Assembly: GCA_964343265.1 (NCBI GenBank)
Contig: CAYFIW010000001.1
Location: 72,512-136,511, forward strand
Length of the DNA: 64,000 nucleotides
Direction of reading: 5' to 3'
DNA from: an uncultured Dehalococcoidia bacterium
Lineage (GTDB): Bacteria > Chloroflexota > Dehalococcoidia > Lucifugimonadales > UBA826
Shown: positions 1 through 9,118 of the stretch, piece by piece
Layout: every line of letters begins with the position of its first letter
Position numbering within the stretch: the first letter of the stretch is position 1
Program-made: the position numbers and the translations under genes
The notes under the pieces: model-generated
What the model saw: the letters and a program-made list of their open reading frames with translations, nothing else
Databases searched by the model: none
Told to the model about the DNA's origin: nothing

Positions 1-76
1 CAGGATAACTGAAAAACTTCTAGTATGTAAATGAATTAGATGTTTTAGCAAATATAAGCCAGATAATTTCTTTTAT

Positions 77-682
77 ATGAATATAGGTACAAAAAGGTTA
101 GGTTTGTTTGGAGGGACATTTGATCCCATTCATTATGGACATATCTCCGTGGCACGAGAGGCTCTAAAAACCCTTAATTTAGATAAGGTTGTATTTGTAC
201 CTGCTGGCGATCCCTATATGAAAACATCTTCTTTAAATGTATCTCCTGCTTTTCACAGAATGGAGATGATAAATCGCGCTTTAGGTTACGAAAATGATAG
301 CAATTTTTGTGTTTCTGATATCGAAATTGGGCGCGACGGACCTTCTTACACTCTGGAGACTGTAGAAAGTTTCAACCTTCCAAAAAATCAATTGGTAGTA
401 ATTATTGGTGCTGATACACTTTCTTCGTTTCATCTTTGGAAAGAACCAGAAAAGATTGTTAGTAAAGCAAGAATGGCCGTAATAACTCGACCGGGAGTTA
501 ATCTTTCGACAATAATTGCCAACGACGACAAGGGTTTATTGAATAATGTAGAAATTATAGATTCAATAACGCCAAATATAACCAGTACACAAATTCGATG
601 TAGCGTAAAATGTGGAAATATTGTTGAAGGTGTTAGTCCACCTGTTAGGAATTATATTCACGTCCACCAACTTTATAAATAA
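77..682 (+). CDS. nadD: nicotinate-nucleotide adenylyltransferase
   Basis: 201-aa ORF. GGTFDPIHYGH (HxGH nucleotidyltransferase motif) lies directly after the start. Size is typical of NadD. Confidence 0.85.
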   Translation: MNIGTKRLGLFGGTFDPIHYGHISVAREALKTLNLDKVVFVPAGDPYMKTSSLNVSPAFHRMEMINRALGYENDSNFCVSDIEIGRDGPSYTLETVESFNLPKNQLVVIIGADTLSSFHLWKEPEKIVSKARMAVITRPGVNLSTIIANDDKGLLNNVEIIDSITPNITSTQIRCSVKCGNIVEGVSPPVRNYIHVHQLYK

Positions 683-766
683 CTCATCGAAAACTTTTAA
701 TATTAGGTCTTTGGTCGAGATAAGTTACAATTTTTCAATTCTTGGTAGTAAATTTCGGAAGGATGC

Positions 767-1336
767 ATGAACGAATTTTTAGAATTAAAAAGAAGACTGC
801 TGGAAGTTGCAAAAGAAAAAGAGGCTCTGTTATTTGGCGAATTTACTTTGTCAGCCGGAGGAACAAGCAACTACTATTTTGATGGACGTATACTGACTCT
901 TGACCCGGAAGGGGCTTATTTGACGGCGAAAATACTACTGCCATTGATTAAGGATTGTGGGGCGGAAGCGATAGCGGGCCCAACTCTTGGCGCTGACCCG
1001 ATCGTCTCTTCAGTTGCGTCATTGAGTTACATAGAAAAGACTAATGTACCCGCCTTGATAGTGAGAAAAGAAGTTAAATCTCATGGGGGAATGAAATCTG
1101 TTGAAGGATCTCTGAGAAAAGGGATGAAAGTCGCAGTAGTAGATGATACGTGTACGTCAGGATCAAGTATTTTTCACGCGGTAGAAGTTCTTGAAGGTGA
1201 AGGTTGCGAGGTGGTAAAAATATTTTCAATAATGGATAGGATGGCTGGTGGAAGCGAGGAATGCAGACGGAGAGGATATAGTTTTGAAAGTATATTTATT
1301 GCAAATCCTGATGGGAAGATCACCATTGTCTCCTAA
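767..1336 (+). CDS. pyrE: orotate phosphoribosyltransferase
   Basis: 189-aa ORF with the PRPP-binding loop VAVVDDTCTSGSS and a type I PRTase layout. Confidence 0.8.
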   Translation: MNEFLELKRRLLEVAKEKEALLFGEFTLSAGGTSNYYFDGRILTLDPEGAYLTAKILLPLIKDCGAEAIAGPTLGADPIVSSVASLSYIEKTNVPALIVRKEVKSHGGMKSVEGSLRKGMKVAVVDDTCTSGSSIFHAVEVLEGEGCEVVKIFSIMDRMAGGSEECRRRGYSFESIFIANPDGKITIVS

Positions 1337-1372
1337 GTCTTGTATAAGATTTTCCTGTGGGGCCTGGGATAA

Positions 1373-2857
1373 TTGAATTTACCACTTAGGTTCCTGCAAA
1401 AGAGTTCACGTTTTCATTATTGGACTTATTGTGCAATAGCAATAGGTACATTCATAACAGTAGTTGAGCAATCAGCTACGGCAATTGTAATTCCTTCCAT
1501 TGCTAAGGAATTTGGAGCCGATATTCCGACAGCACAATGGTTAACTGTAGGATCAATGCTGGCTGTTAGTGCAATGATGATGCCCGCAGGTGCAATCGCA
1601 GATACCTTGGGGCGTAGAAGAGTTTGGATTTGGGGACTAATAGCCTTCTCTGTAGCTTCATTAATAACTTCAATTGCACCTAATTTCTTAATGGTGTTAT
1701 TTGGGAAGGTACTTATGGGACTTTCTGCTTCTGCCCTACAGGCGAATGGTATGGCTATGGTGGCAGGAGCTTTCCCAGATTCCGAGAGAGGTAAAGCAAG
1801 CGGCTTGCACATGACATCTGTGGGGATAGGGGCCATGGCGGGACCATTGCTGGGCGGAGGGATGGAAAGTTGGTTGGGGTGGAGATCAATTTTTGTATTT
1901 ATAACTCTTTTCAGTTTGGTTTCTTGCTTAGTAGCTAGTTTGGTACTACAGGCTGATCATAAAAGTGGTGGTAGGAAAGGGCCGTCGCTAAGCCAGTTTG
2001 ATTGGACAGGGACAGGGTTGTCAGCAATTTTATTATTGACTTTTATGCTCACAGTTACATTTGGGCAAAAATTAGGTTGGTTTTCGGGAACGATTATTGT
2101 GGGATTAGTGCTCACCGTGGTTTTGTTTTCAATGTTCATTGTGTGGGAACGACGCGCACCATTTCCGATGCTTCCATTGTCTTTATTCAATAAAATGTTA
2201 TTTTCAGTAGGATCTTCCGCTCGCTTCTTGGCTTTCATGGCCGGGACTAGCACTTTTTTCCTAATTCCTTTTTTCTTGGTTTCAGTAGTTGGTATGAGTA
2301 CTGGTTTGGCTGCACTATATCTATTACCAAGTTCCGTGACCCTTATGATAGTGGGCCCAATAAGTGGGAGAATAGCAGATAAGATAGGCACGACTATTCC
2401 AGCATTCGTAGGCTTGTGTTGCTGTACCGTAGCAATGTATCTATTTTCTGTGATAAGGATCGACTCAGACCCTCTAATGGTTGCGTTGGCCTCCGGATTG
2501 TCTGGTATGGGACTCAGTATGTTCATGGCTCCCAACACCAGTTCCATAATGGGTAGTGCCGGTAGGGCACACTACGGAATAGTGTCTGCGTTCATGAATT
2601 TGACGAGAAATGGGGCTCATATAATAGGAATTGCTGTACCAACGGCAATAGTGGTAGCTGTTATGGCCTCTATGGGTTATGACGCAGATTTGTCCGATCC
2701 TGAGAGTTTGAATGATCTCGGGCTTAGAAGTGCTTATACTATATCAATGAGTCGAGCATATGAAGTATCAACTGTAATAATGGGTGTCGCGGCGTTGCTT
2801 ACTGTTGTACCTTTCGTTTATGGGCGATTTATAAATAAACGGGCTAAAATTCAGTAA
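1373..2857 (+). CDS. MFS transporter, DHA2 (EmrB/QacA)-like, about 14 TM segments
   Basis: 494-aa highly hydrophobic ORF. MFS motif A-like GAIADTLGRRRV after TM2. The start codon is uncertain (TTG at 1373). Confidence 0.75.
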   Translation: MNLPLRFLQKSSRFHYWTYCAIAIGTFITVVEQSATAIVIPSIAKEFGADIPTAQWLTVGSMLAVSAMMMPAGAIADTLGRRRVWIWGLIAFSVASLITSIAPNFLMVLFGKVLMGLSASALQANGMAMVAGAFPDSERGKASGLHMTSVGIGAMAGPLLGGGMESWLGWRSIFVFITLFSLVSCLVASLVLQADHKSGGRKGPSLSQFDWTGTGLSAILLLTFMLTVTFGQKLGWFSGTIIVGLVLTVVLFSMFIVWERRAPFPMLPLSLFNKMLFSVGSSARFLAFMAGTSTFFLIPFFLVSVVGMSTGLAALYLLPSSVTLMIVGPISGRIADKIGTTIPAFVGLCCCTVAMYLFSVIRIDSDPLMVALASGLSGMGLSMFMAPNTSSIMGSAGRAHYGIVSAFMNLTRNGAHIIGIAVPTAIVVAVMASMGYDADLSDPESLNDLGLRSAYTISMSRAYEVSTVIMGVAALLTVVPFVYGRFINKRAKIQ

Positions 2858-3522
2858 TGCGAATTGTTTTTGTTCGTCATGGACAATCGACTGCTAATGC
2901 CGAGGGAAGATGGCAAGGCCAGTTAGATTATGAATTGTCGGAAGAAGGTAGAAAACAAAGCGAGCTTCTAAGAGACAGATTTCTTTCTGAGTCGTTTCTA
3001 CCCAATTTTGTCTATAGTAGTCCCCTCATAAGAGCGCTAGAAACGGCAGAAATTGCTTTGCCAAATACCAATCTAATTCAAATAGACGATTTGAAAGAGG
3101 GAGGAGCTGGGATTTTTGAAGGGAAGAACATGGATGAAATTCATGCTGAATATCCCGAAATAGCTCTGGAATTTCAAAGAACTAAGAACTTCAATTCAGT
3201 ACCGGGTGCCGAATCTAGATACGATTTCCGAAAGCGGGCAGAAAAGATTGTTGATTTTCTAATCAAAGGGCATGACAAAAACGAGGAAATCGCTGTTTTT
3301 ACTCACAGTGGATTTTTGATGTTTATTGTGGCAGTAATCATGGGAACTAACAGAATTTGGACTTTGCGGATTCCTAATACATCAATATTTGATTTTAGAA
3401 TAGATCCAGGCTCTTGGGATATGAAGAATTCCTTCATAAATACGGGGACATCGTCTTTACAACAGTTTGGATCGTTTGAAATTAGACGTTTTGCGGATGC
3501 CATTCATCTTGCTGACAATTAG
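2857..3522 (+). CDS. histidine phosphatase family protein (phosphoglycerate mutase-like)
   Basis: N-terminal VRHGQSTAN (RHG catalytic motif) and an internal GAGIFEG block. TAATG overlap with the upstream gene. Confidence 0.8.
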   Translation: MRIVFVRHGQSTANAEGRWQGQLDYELSEEGRKQSELLRDRFLSESFLPNFVYSSPLIRALETAEIALPNTNLIQIDDLKEGGAGIFEGKNMDEIHAEYPEIALEFQRTKNFNSVPGAESRYDFRKRAEKIVDFLIKGHDKNEEIAVFTHSGFLMFIVAVIMGTNRIWTLRIPNTSIFDFRIDPGSWDMKNSFINTGTSSLQQFGSFEIRRFADAIHLADN

Positions 3523-3553
3523 ATAATAAGGACACATTGGTTGGTTGATAATG

Positions 3554-4207
3554 CTAGTTTAAGTGAGGTTGTTCGTTGAAACGGACAATTTTCCATTGAG
3601 TAGGGTTTAATAATTCCCTTGTTTGGCTATCCCATTCCTTAACGTTGATGGAGAATTCATATAGGGCAGTGTTTCTCGCAGAAAGCCCCCAGAGTCTAGG
3701 AGATTCTAAGATTGCACAGATGATTTGCTGTATTATCCCTGCGTGAGCAAACGCTACTATAATGTCGTCGTTTGTATGAGAATCAATAAAGTAACGAGTA
3801 ACTTTTTTCCCTCTGGCCCTTCGATTTTCCTCTGACTCTGCATCTTTTATATATTCCCAATTGCGTGAATCTCTAAATTTGTCAGCTTCTTGAGGATGAC
3901 TTTCCTCAATTTCTTGCCAAGTAAGGCCTTCAAAAATTCCTGCTCCAGTCTCTTTTAAATCTTCCATTTCCATGATGGGAATGCCCCAGTGTCCTCCAGC
4001 CAATTCTGCAGTGTCTTTGGCCCGTTTCTGAGGACTGGAATAAACATGAGTCGGAATTAATCGTCTTTCCTTAAACCATCTTCCAAGTTTTCCTGCTTGC
4101 TCTCTCCCGTTTTCTGTAAGATTAGTTATTTCTAAATCTTTCGAACCAGACCATCTCATTGCTAAATTTGCATGTGTCTCACCATGACGAACCAAGATTA
4201 ATTTCAT
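3554..4207 (-). CDS. histidine phosphatase family protein (phosphoglycerate mutase-like), paralog of 2857-3522
   Basis: N-terminal VRHGETHAN and a shared LKExGAGIFEG block. Starts 2 nt after the dnaA stop. Confidence 0.8.
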   Translation of the reverse strand: MKLILVRHGETHANLAMRWSGSKDLEITNLTENGREQAGKLGRWFKERRLIPTHVYSSPQKRAKDTAELAGGHWGIPIMEMEDLKETGAGIFEGLTWQEIEESHPQEADKFRDSRNWEYIKDAESEENRRARGKKVTRYFIDSHTNDDIIVAFAHAGIIQQIICAILESPRLWGLSARNTALYEFSINVKEWDSQTRELLNPTQWKIVRFNEQPHLN

Positions 4208-4209
4208 GC

Positions 4210-5610
4210 CTAGAATTTCCCCATTAATGAATGGCGAATTTTAATGACGTCGTTTCTTAGCGAATCATCCTGTTCAATTTTGACTGAAACTCTTTCGTGA
4301 CCATGTAGCACTGTGGAATGGTCTCGGCCTCCTAATATTCTTCCGATTGCTGTAAAACTTAAGTCTGTTTCCTCTCTAAGTAAGTACATGGCGACCTGCC
4401 TTGACAACACAGTCATCTTGCGCCGACCTTTTCCTCGAATTTGATCAGTAGCTATACCGAAATGTTCAGAGACTGCTGAGATCACAGCTGAATCTGTTAT
4501 TGTTTTTCCTCGCATTGTGGCCCAGCTTTCCCCAATGAGTATGGTAACGTCGTCCAGGGATATGGAAGATTCCCGAAATTGGGACCAGGCTATGACCCGA
4601 TTTAAACTTCCTTCTAAGTCTCTAACATTAGATTGAACTCTTCTAGCTAGGTATTCCAACACATCTGAAGGAACATCACAGTCCATTCTGCTGGATTTTT
4701 CTTGAAGGATGGCAAGTCTAGTTTCAAAAGGTGGTGGTTGCATGTCTGCAACTAGACCCCCTGCAAGCCTAGACGTTATTCTTTGTTCCAGTACATTTAA
4801 AGAAGATACTGGCCTGTCGCTAGTGACGACTATTTGTTTGTTTGCCATATGCAAAGCGTTAAACGTATGGAAAAAACCTTCTTGAGTTTGCTCTTTGGCA
4901 ATAAGAAACTGAACATCGTCCAACAGCAAGACATCAGAGGAACGATAAAAGTCCCGAAATTTTTCGGTGGTTCCTTGTTGAATTGATTTCACGTATTGGT
5001 TAGTAAATTCCTCACACGTCACATAAATGCAATTTAGTCCTTTTTTGGAAACTTCATGTCCTATAGCGTGTAAGAGATGAGTTTTCCCTAGTCCAACATC
5101 TGAGTAAATCACCAATGGATTAAAAGTATGACCAGGATTTTCAGCTGCAGCTTTTGCGCCAGCCAAAGCTAATTCGTTTGAGTCGCCCAAAACAAAATTT
5201 TCAAATGTATATTTTGGATTTAATTTTGGCATTCTAGCCAGTGGACCCTGATTATTATCTGAATTGAAGTCAGAAGTATTGTGAATTTGAGGATCTTGCA
5301 TAGCTATTGGTTGGGTCTCAGGATTATCGCTAATCCTAATGTTCTTGTTGCCTTTTACTGAAAATACAACCCTATGGTTCTGTCCAGTGACATCCCGAAG
5401 TTTTGTTTCAATTATTCCGGACATTCTGTCTTTGAGATATTGAGCCGTGAAGGCGTCCTCAACAGAAACAGTGAGATTTTCCTCATCTATTGAAAGGCCT
5501 ACACTATTTTTTATCCATGTTTCAAAGCTAGGCCGTGGTATAGACAGTTCGAGTTTGCCAAGAACTGCAGTCCATACGGTAGCGGCCTGCCGGTTTGTTT
5601 CAAAAGCCAT
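4210..5610 (-). CDS. dnaA: chromosomal replication initiator protein DnaA
   Basis: 466 aa. AAA+ Walker A GLGKTHLLHAIG, LLLDDVQF Walker B, and a C-terminal DNA-binding domain (GGRDHSTVLHG). Confidence 0.95.
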   Translation of the reverse strand: MAFETNRQAATVWTAVLGKLELSIPRPSFETWIKNSVGLSIDEENLTVSVEDAFTAQYLKDRMSGIIETKLRDVTGQNHRVVFSVKGNKNIRISDNPETQPIAMQDPQIHNTSDFNSDNNQGPLARMPKLNPKYTFENFVLGDSNELALAGAKAAAENPGHTFNPLVIYSDVGLGKTHLLHAIGHEVSKKGLNCIYVTCEEFTNQYVKSIQQGTTEKFRDFYRSSDVLLLDDVQFLIAKEQTQEGFFHTFNALHMANKQIVVTSDRPVSSLNVLEQRITSRLAGGLVADMQPPPFETRLAILQEKSSRMDCDVPSDVLEYLARRVQSNVRDLEGSLNRVIAWSQFRESSISLDDVTILIGESWATMRGKTITDSAVISAVSEHFGIATDQIRGKGRRKMTVLSRQVAMYLLREETDLSFTAIGRILGGRDHSTVLHGHERVSVKIEQDDSLRNDVIKIRHSLMGKF

Positions 5611-6304
5611 TAATTTCTTTTATATATGTGCCCTTATTTTTGGCACAAAGCGACCCAAGGATTTGTGTTCTTTCTTTTAAAAGAACTAAATGAGTGCTTC
5701 CGCTAGACTTGCAGCGTACAGGATTTCTCCATCATACCTATACATACTTGGCAAAGCCTAGAGATTAGAGCTCTTTCCATAATATGCCTTCTATATAACT
5801 GAAGACATTGACCTTTTGGCCTACATCAAAAGCGTAGTAGTGCTAGTCCTCTAGACATCGCTCGCTGCTACCGGAACCGCAACCTTGCGGTAATATTTCC
5901 GGCCCTCCAACTTTTCAGTCGGTATCTGTACAGTGTGTCACTGCGGAATTACATTCAGGAAGATTGATGAAGAGTCACATTGTCACAATCTTTCCCAATT
6001 TAAGACCCTTTCTGCGATAACTACAACAGAATATCTTGGTCTCTGCACGTTACTTAAAAAGTGCTCTAACTTTGTACACCCGTCTTTTCAACTTTCGCAA
6101 GGGGGGAGACCGGGAATTTTAATGTCAATCTGTTTCTAGCTAATAAAGGCAGAATTTTACGTTCATGAAATATAATTCCTGATTCTTAAATATAAAAAAT
6201 GGTTTAAAACACAATTTATTTAATAAAAAACGTGTAATAGACATAAATTTGGTCTGTATAGTTGTAATTGTGATGATGGCATAATAATAAGATTTGTAAG
6301 GAAG
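5611..6304. other. dnaA-upstream non-coding block: hairpin-dense core (about 5690-6140) plus very AT-rich tract (about 6140-6300). Candidate non-canonical oriC and/or unannotated structured RNA.
   Basis: All six frames are stop-riddled. Several perfect local helices are present. Position is next to dnaA. No canonical TTATCCACA boxes seen. Confidence 0.3.
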
Positions 6305-6340
6305 TTGAGCGGATTGTCATATAAATTAGGAAATATACCG

Positions 6341-7171
6341 ATGTCTGAAGGTGGAAAAAATGCATGGGACATCGCAATGGAAGTTTCCCTTCTGGCAGGT
6401 GGAATTTTGATGGATTGGTGGCCAAAAGCTAAGCAAGTTTTTAGTAAGGGTCCAAACGATATCGTCACTAATGTTGATAGAGAGTGTGAAAATTTCATAA
6501 TAGGTGAACTCAAAAAACATTATCCTGACCATGGAACCTTTGGTGAGGAAGGATTTGGCACTGATCCAAATAAGGGTTGGGTGTGGGTAGTTGATCCAAT
6601 TGATGGGACTAGGAATTTTGTAGCTGGTATACCCCATTTTTCTATAGTTGTTGCATTGGTGAAAGATGGGGAGGTAGTGGTGGGTGTGAATTATGATCCT
6701 ATACACGAAGAAATGTTCCATGCAGCTAAATATCAAGGAGCATTTTTAAATGACAAAAAGATCAGGGTATCCGATAAGCTGAAATTTGAAGATGTTAGCT
6801 GTGGGTTTGATCCATCAAATGGACCGGCAGAAGGAACTAGAAATACTCTTCAGGTTCTGCGTAAATTATGGCCTCATCTTAATACGACAAGGACTTTAGG
6901 ATCTTCCGCTTTGGGGCTTTCATATGTGGCCGCTGGGAGAACAGATATATACATAAATCATCGCTTGCAACCTTACGATCAGGCGGCAGGACTTGTTTTA
7001 GTTGAGGAGGCAGGGGGAATAGTGACGGATAGACAGGGCTATAGGGCAGGTCTTTACTCTGATGGAATCATAGCTTCCTCATCACCTCTTCACAAAGATT
7101 TTATGAATTTGACCAAGTCGGCTCCATGGAGAAGGCCGAGTAGCAGAGCAAATAATCCTAGGGAAGCCTAA
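6341..7171 (+). CDS. inositol monophosphatase family protein (SuhB/HisN-like)
   Basis: WVVDPIDGTRNF and GSSALGLSYVAAGRTD motifs. The ORF opens at TTG 6305, but ATG 6341 is the more likely start. Confidence 0.8.
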   Translation: MSEGGKNAWDIAMEVSLLAGGILMDWWPKAKQVFSKGPNDIVTNVDRECENFIIGELKKHYPDHGTFGEEGFGTDPNKGWVWVVDPIDGTRNFVAGIPHFSIVVALVKDGEVVVGVNYDPIHEEMFHAAKYQGAFLNDKKIRVSDKLKFEDVSCGFDPSNGPAEGTRNTLQVLRKLWPHLNTTRTLGSSALGLSYVAAGRTDIYINHRLQPYDQAAGLVLVEEAGGIVTDRQGYRAGLYSDGIIASSSPLHKDFMNLTKSAPWRRPSSRANNPREA

Positions 7172-7300
7172 GCAAATGTCAGGAATTATAAATCTAGATC
7201 TATTGATGGTAGTATGCGTCGTAACTGTATTATGAGGTCACTATAGAAATTTTTAGGTGATAAGCGGAAAGCATGTTTAATTTAATAAAAGGTGAGATTA

Positions 7301-7711
7301 ATGGTTAAACAAGGAGTAGTACCCGACGACCTTACGGCTCCGTTTTGGGATGCGGCAAATCAATCTAAATTGGTGATTCAGAATTGTAAAGCATGCAATC
7401 GCCTGCAACATCCCCCTGAACTGCTTTGTGGAAAATGTGGCTTAGGTGACAGTCTTGGTTGGGAAGAGATGAGCGGGAAAGGGAAGATTTATAACTATGG
7501 AGTTGTTCATGATTGTCCAGTGAGATTATTGCAGGATGATCAACCGTTTAATCTTGCTGTAGTTATGTTGGATGAGGATCCTGGGATTCAAATGTATTCC
7601 CATATGCCGGGCGTTCCTGAAGATGAGGTTCCTGTAGGGGCAAACGTGAGGGTGATATTTGAAAAAAGTGCAAACGGTCAGTTGATACCTGAATGGGAAG
7701 TTGAAACTTGA
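7301..7711 (+). CDS. DUF35 OB-fold / rubredoxin-like zinc-ribbon protein (thiolase-associated)
   Basis: CKACNRLQHPPELLCGKCG 4-Cys ribbon followed by an OB-fold-like C-terminus. Sits immediately upstream of a thiolase-like gene, the classical pairing. Confidence 0.8.
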   Translation: MVKQGVVPDDLTAPFWDAANQSKLVIQNCKACNRLQHPPELLCGKCGLGDSLGWEEMSGKGKIYNYGVVHDCPVRLLQDDQPFNLAVVMLDEDPGIQMYSHMPGVPEDEVPVGANVRVIFEKSANGQLIPEWEVET

Positions 7712-7749
7712 TCTTTAAAGATTCGGATTTAAGTGTTAAGGAGTGAAGC

Positions 7750-9072
7750 TTGGTTACTAAGAATGCACCTGCGTCGATGTATAGAAGCAAAGAGGGTTTA
7801 GGAATTTGGGAACACAGAGGAAAAGTTGCGGCTGTGGGAATTGGGCACTCTCCTACAGCTCGTCGATGGGATGAGAGACCAGAGACGTCAGTAGGTGCGT
7901 GGAGCATAATGGCTTTAAGGAGAGCGATAGAAGATGCAGGCGTGACTCCCGATCAGGTCGATGGTCTTGTTATTGTTCCTGTTACCACCACAGGTGCATT
8001 TTGGCCCGACGATAAACCGCTGCCAATGGATGCTATTAATGCTTTTAATCAGACTTCGGATCCCCTTGACGGAGTAGCAAAATTGAGTGCAGAGTGGCTA
8101 TTGAAAAATATGCCAGAACTCACCAACGTGAAATATACGGCTTATGGGCCTGTTTGTATGTCAAATGCCCTAAATGTGGCAGCTCAAGCTGTAGGAGATG
8201 GACTCACCAATACATGTCTTGTTCTTAAGGCTTGGCATAATCTTGAAGGGCGATATTACCAAGGTGGCAAAAATGCTGCTAATGAGATAGATGGGACTAG
8301 CGCCATCAAAAATATCTGGGGGGCGCCTGCTTCCTATGGAACTGCATTACAGTTTGCTGAATATTGCAGAAAATATGGTAAGACCCACGATATGATGGCT
8401 CCCTTTATGAGTAATTCTAGGAGAAATGGCCTGATGTTTCCTGAGGGTTATTGGGCCCAGCATAGACCAGAGGAATTGACTTCAGAGGACTATCGATTGG
8501 CTCGTTGGATTGCGAAACCAGCTAATCTATTTGATAACGACATTCCCATTATGTGCGCGGCTTCATACCTATTTACAACATCTGAGAGGGCAAGGGATAT
8601 GAAGCAGAAGCCGGTTTATATATTGAACCATGCTTCTAGTGATACTACCCCAAGAGGATTTACCCCAACCCTCGATGAAGTTGAGGAAGATACGGCTAGA
8701 AGTGCCAGAAAAATCTATGAAGGTGCTGGGATATCAGCGAAAGATCTCTCTTTTGAGAATATGTATGATGGATTTACATTATTTCATCAATTTCATATAG
8801 AGGGATTGGGATATCGAGGTATTAAATTTGGTGAGGCTCTTGATTTTTACCAAACTGATATCAGTATTGAGGGACCAAATCCAGTCTCTCCGAGTGGAGG
8901 TAATATTGGGAGTGGAAGGAGCAGATTTTGGATGCATACAGATTCCATTCAACAGTTGCAAGGACGTGCCGGGCCTCGCCAAATTACTGGGGTGAAACCT
9001 GAAATAGCGGTCTCGGGAGGACCTATGCCACTGGGAGGAAACTATACGGTTTGGAGCGCAACCCCTGATTAG
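7750..9072 (+). CDS. thiolase-superfamily protein (SCP-x/Ltp-type) with non-canonical C-terminal active-site motifs
   Basis: 440 aa. Thiolase-like VAAVGIGHSP N-terminus, GPVCMSNALNVAAQAV at the nucleophile region, and SPSGGNIGSG near the C-terminus. AAGGAG RBS upstream of the TTG start. Confidence 0.7.
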   Translation: MVTKNAPASMYRSKEGLGIWEHRGKVAAVGIGHSPTARRWDERPETSVGAWSIMALRRAIEDAGVTPDQVDGLVIVPVTTTGAFWPDDKPLPMDAINAFNQTSDPLDGVAKLSAEWLLKNMPELTNVKYTAYGPVCMSNALNVAAQAVGDGLTNTCLVLKAWHNLEGRYYQGGKNAANEIDGTSAIKNIWGAPASYGTALQFAEYCRKYGKTHDMMAPFMSNSRRNGLMFPEGYWAQHRPEELTSEDYRLARWIAKPANLFDNDIPIMCAASYLFTTSERARDMKQKPVYILNHASSDTTPRGFTPTLDEVEEDTARSARKIYEGAGISAKDLSFENMYDGFTLFHQFHIEGLGYRGIKFGEALDFYQTDISIEGPNPVSPSGGNIGSGRSRFWMHTDSIQQLQGRAGPRQITGVKPEIAVSGGPMPLGGNYTVWSATPD

Positions 9073-9118
9073 AACTGAACTAGAAAGTACAGATTTATTG
9101 ATGTAGAAAGGTTGATTA

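Noticed and set aside
1426-2547. Long antisense ORFs inside real genes: 1426-1836 and 1957-2547 in the MFS gene. Likewise 6326-6736, 21120-21587, 22384-22833, 39721-40209, 40187-40528, 48557-49045 and 49422-49922.
   Set aside because: Each lies wholly within, and opposite to, a gene with strong family motifs. The products are low-complexity or Pro/Ser/Ile-rich with no recognisable motif or RBS. They are typical shadow ORFs.
5901-6020. Possible rpmH (L34) remnant, because a plus-strand frame reads ...PPTFQS... where rpmH would be expected divergent from dnaA.
   Set aside because: No start codon. The downstream residues do not follow the basic L34 pattern (K/R-rich, HGF). The five-residue resemblance is best explained by chance.
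5933-6139. 68-aa ORF in the dnaA-upstream block.
   Set aside because: No RBS and a GTG start. The Cys/His-scattered sequence has no recognisable motif. The surrounding frames are stop-riddled, so the region is better treated as non-coding.
5690-6140. Tested the structured core by eye for RNase P RNA, tmRNA, SRP RNA and common riboswitches.
   Set aside because: None of these is present on either strand: the GGAAAGTCCGGGC / ACAGAAnCCGGCTTA pair at RNase P spacing; a GGTTCGAnTCC T-loop with a CCA end and tag ORF; or the GGTCCGGAAGGAAGCAGCC SRP domain IV. Only short partial resemblances occur, and in the wrong order. The element is left unclassified rather than named.
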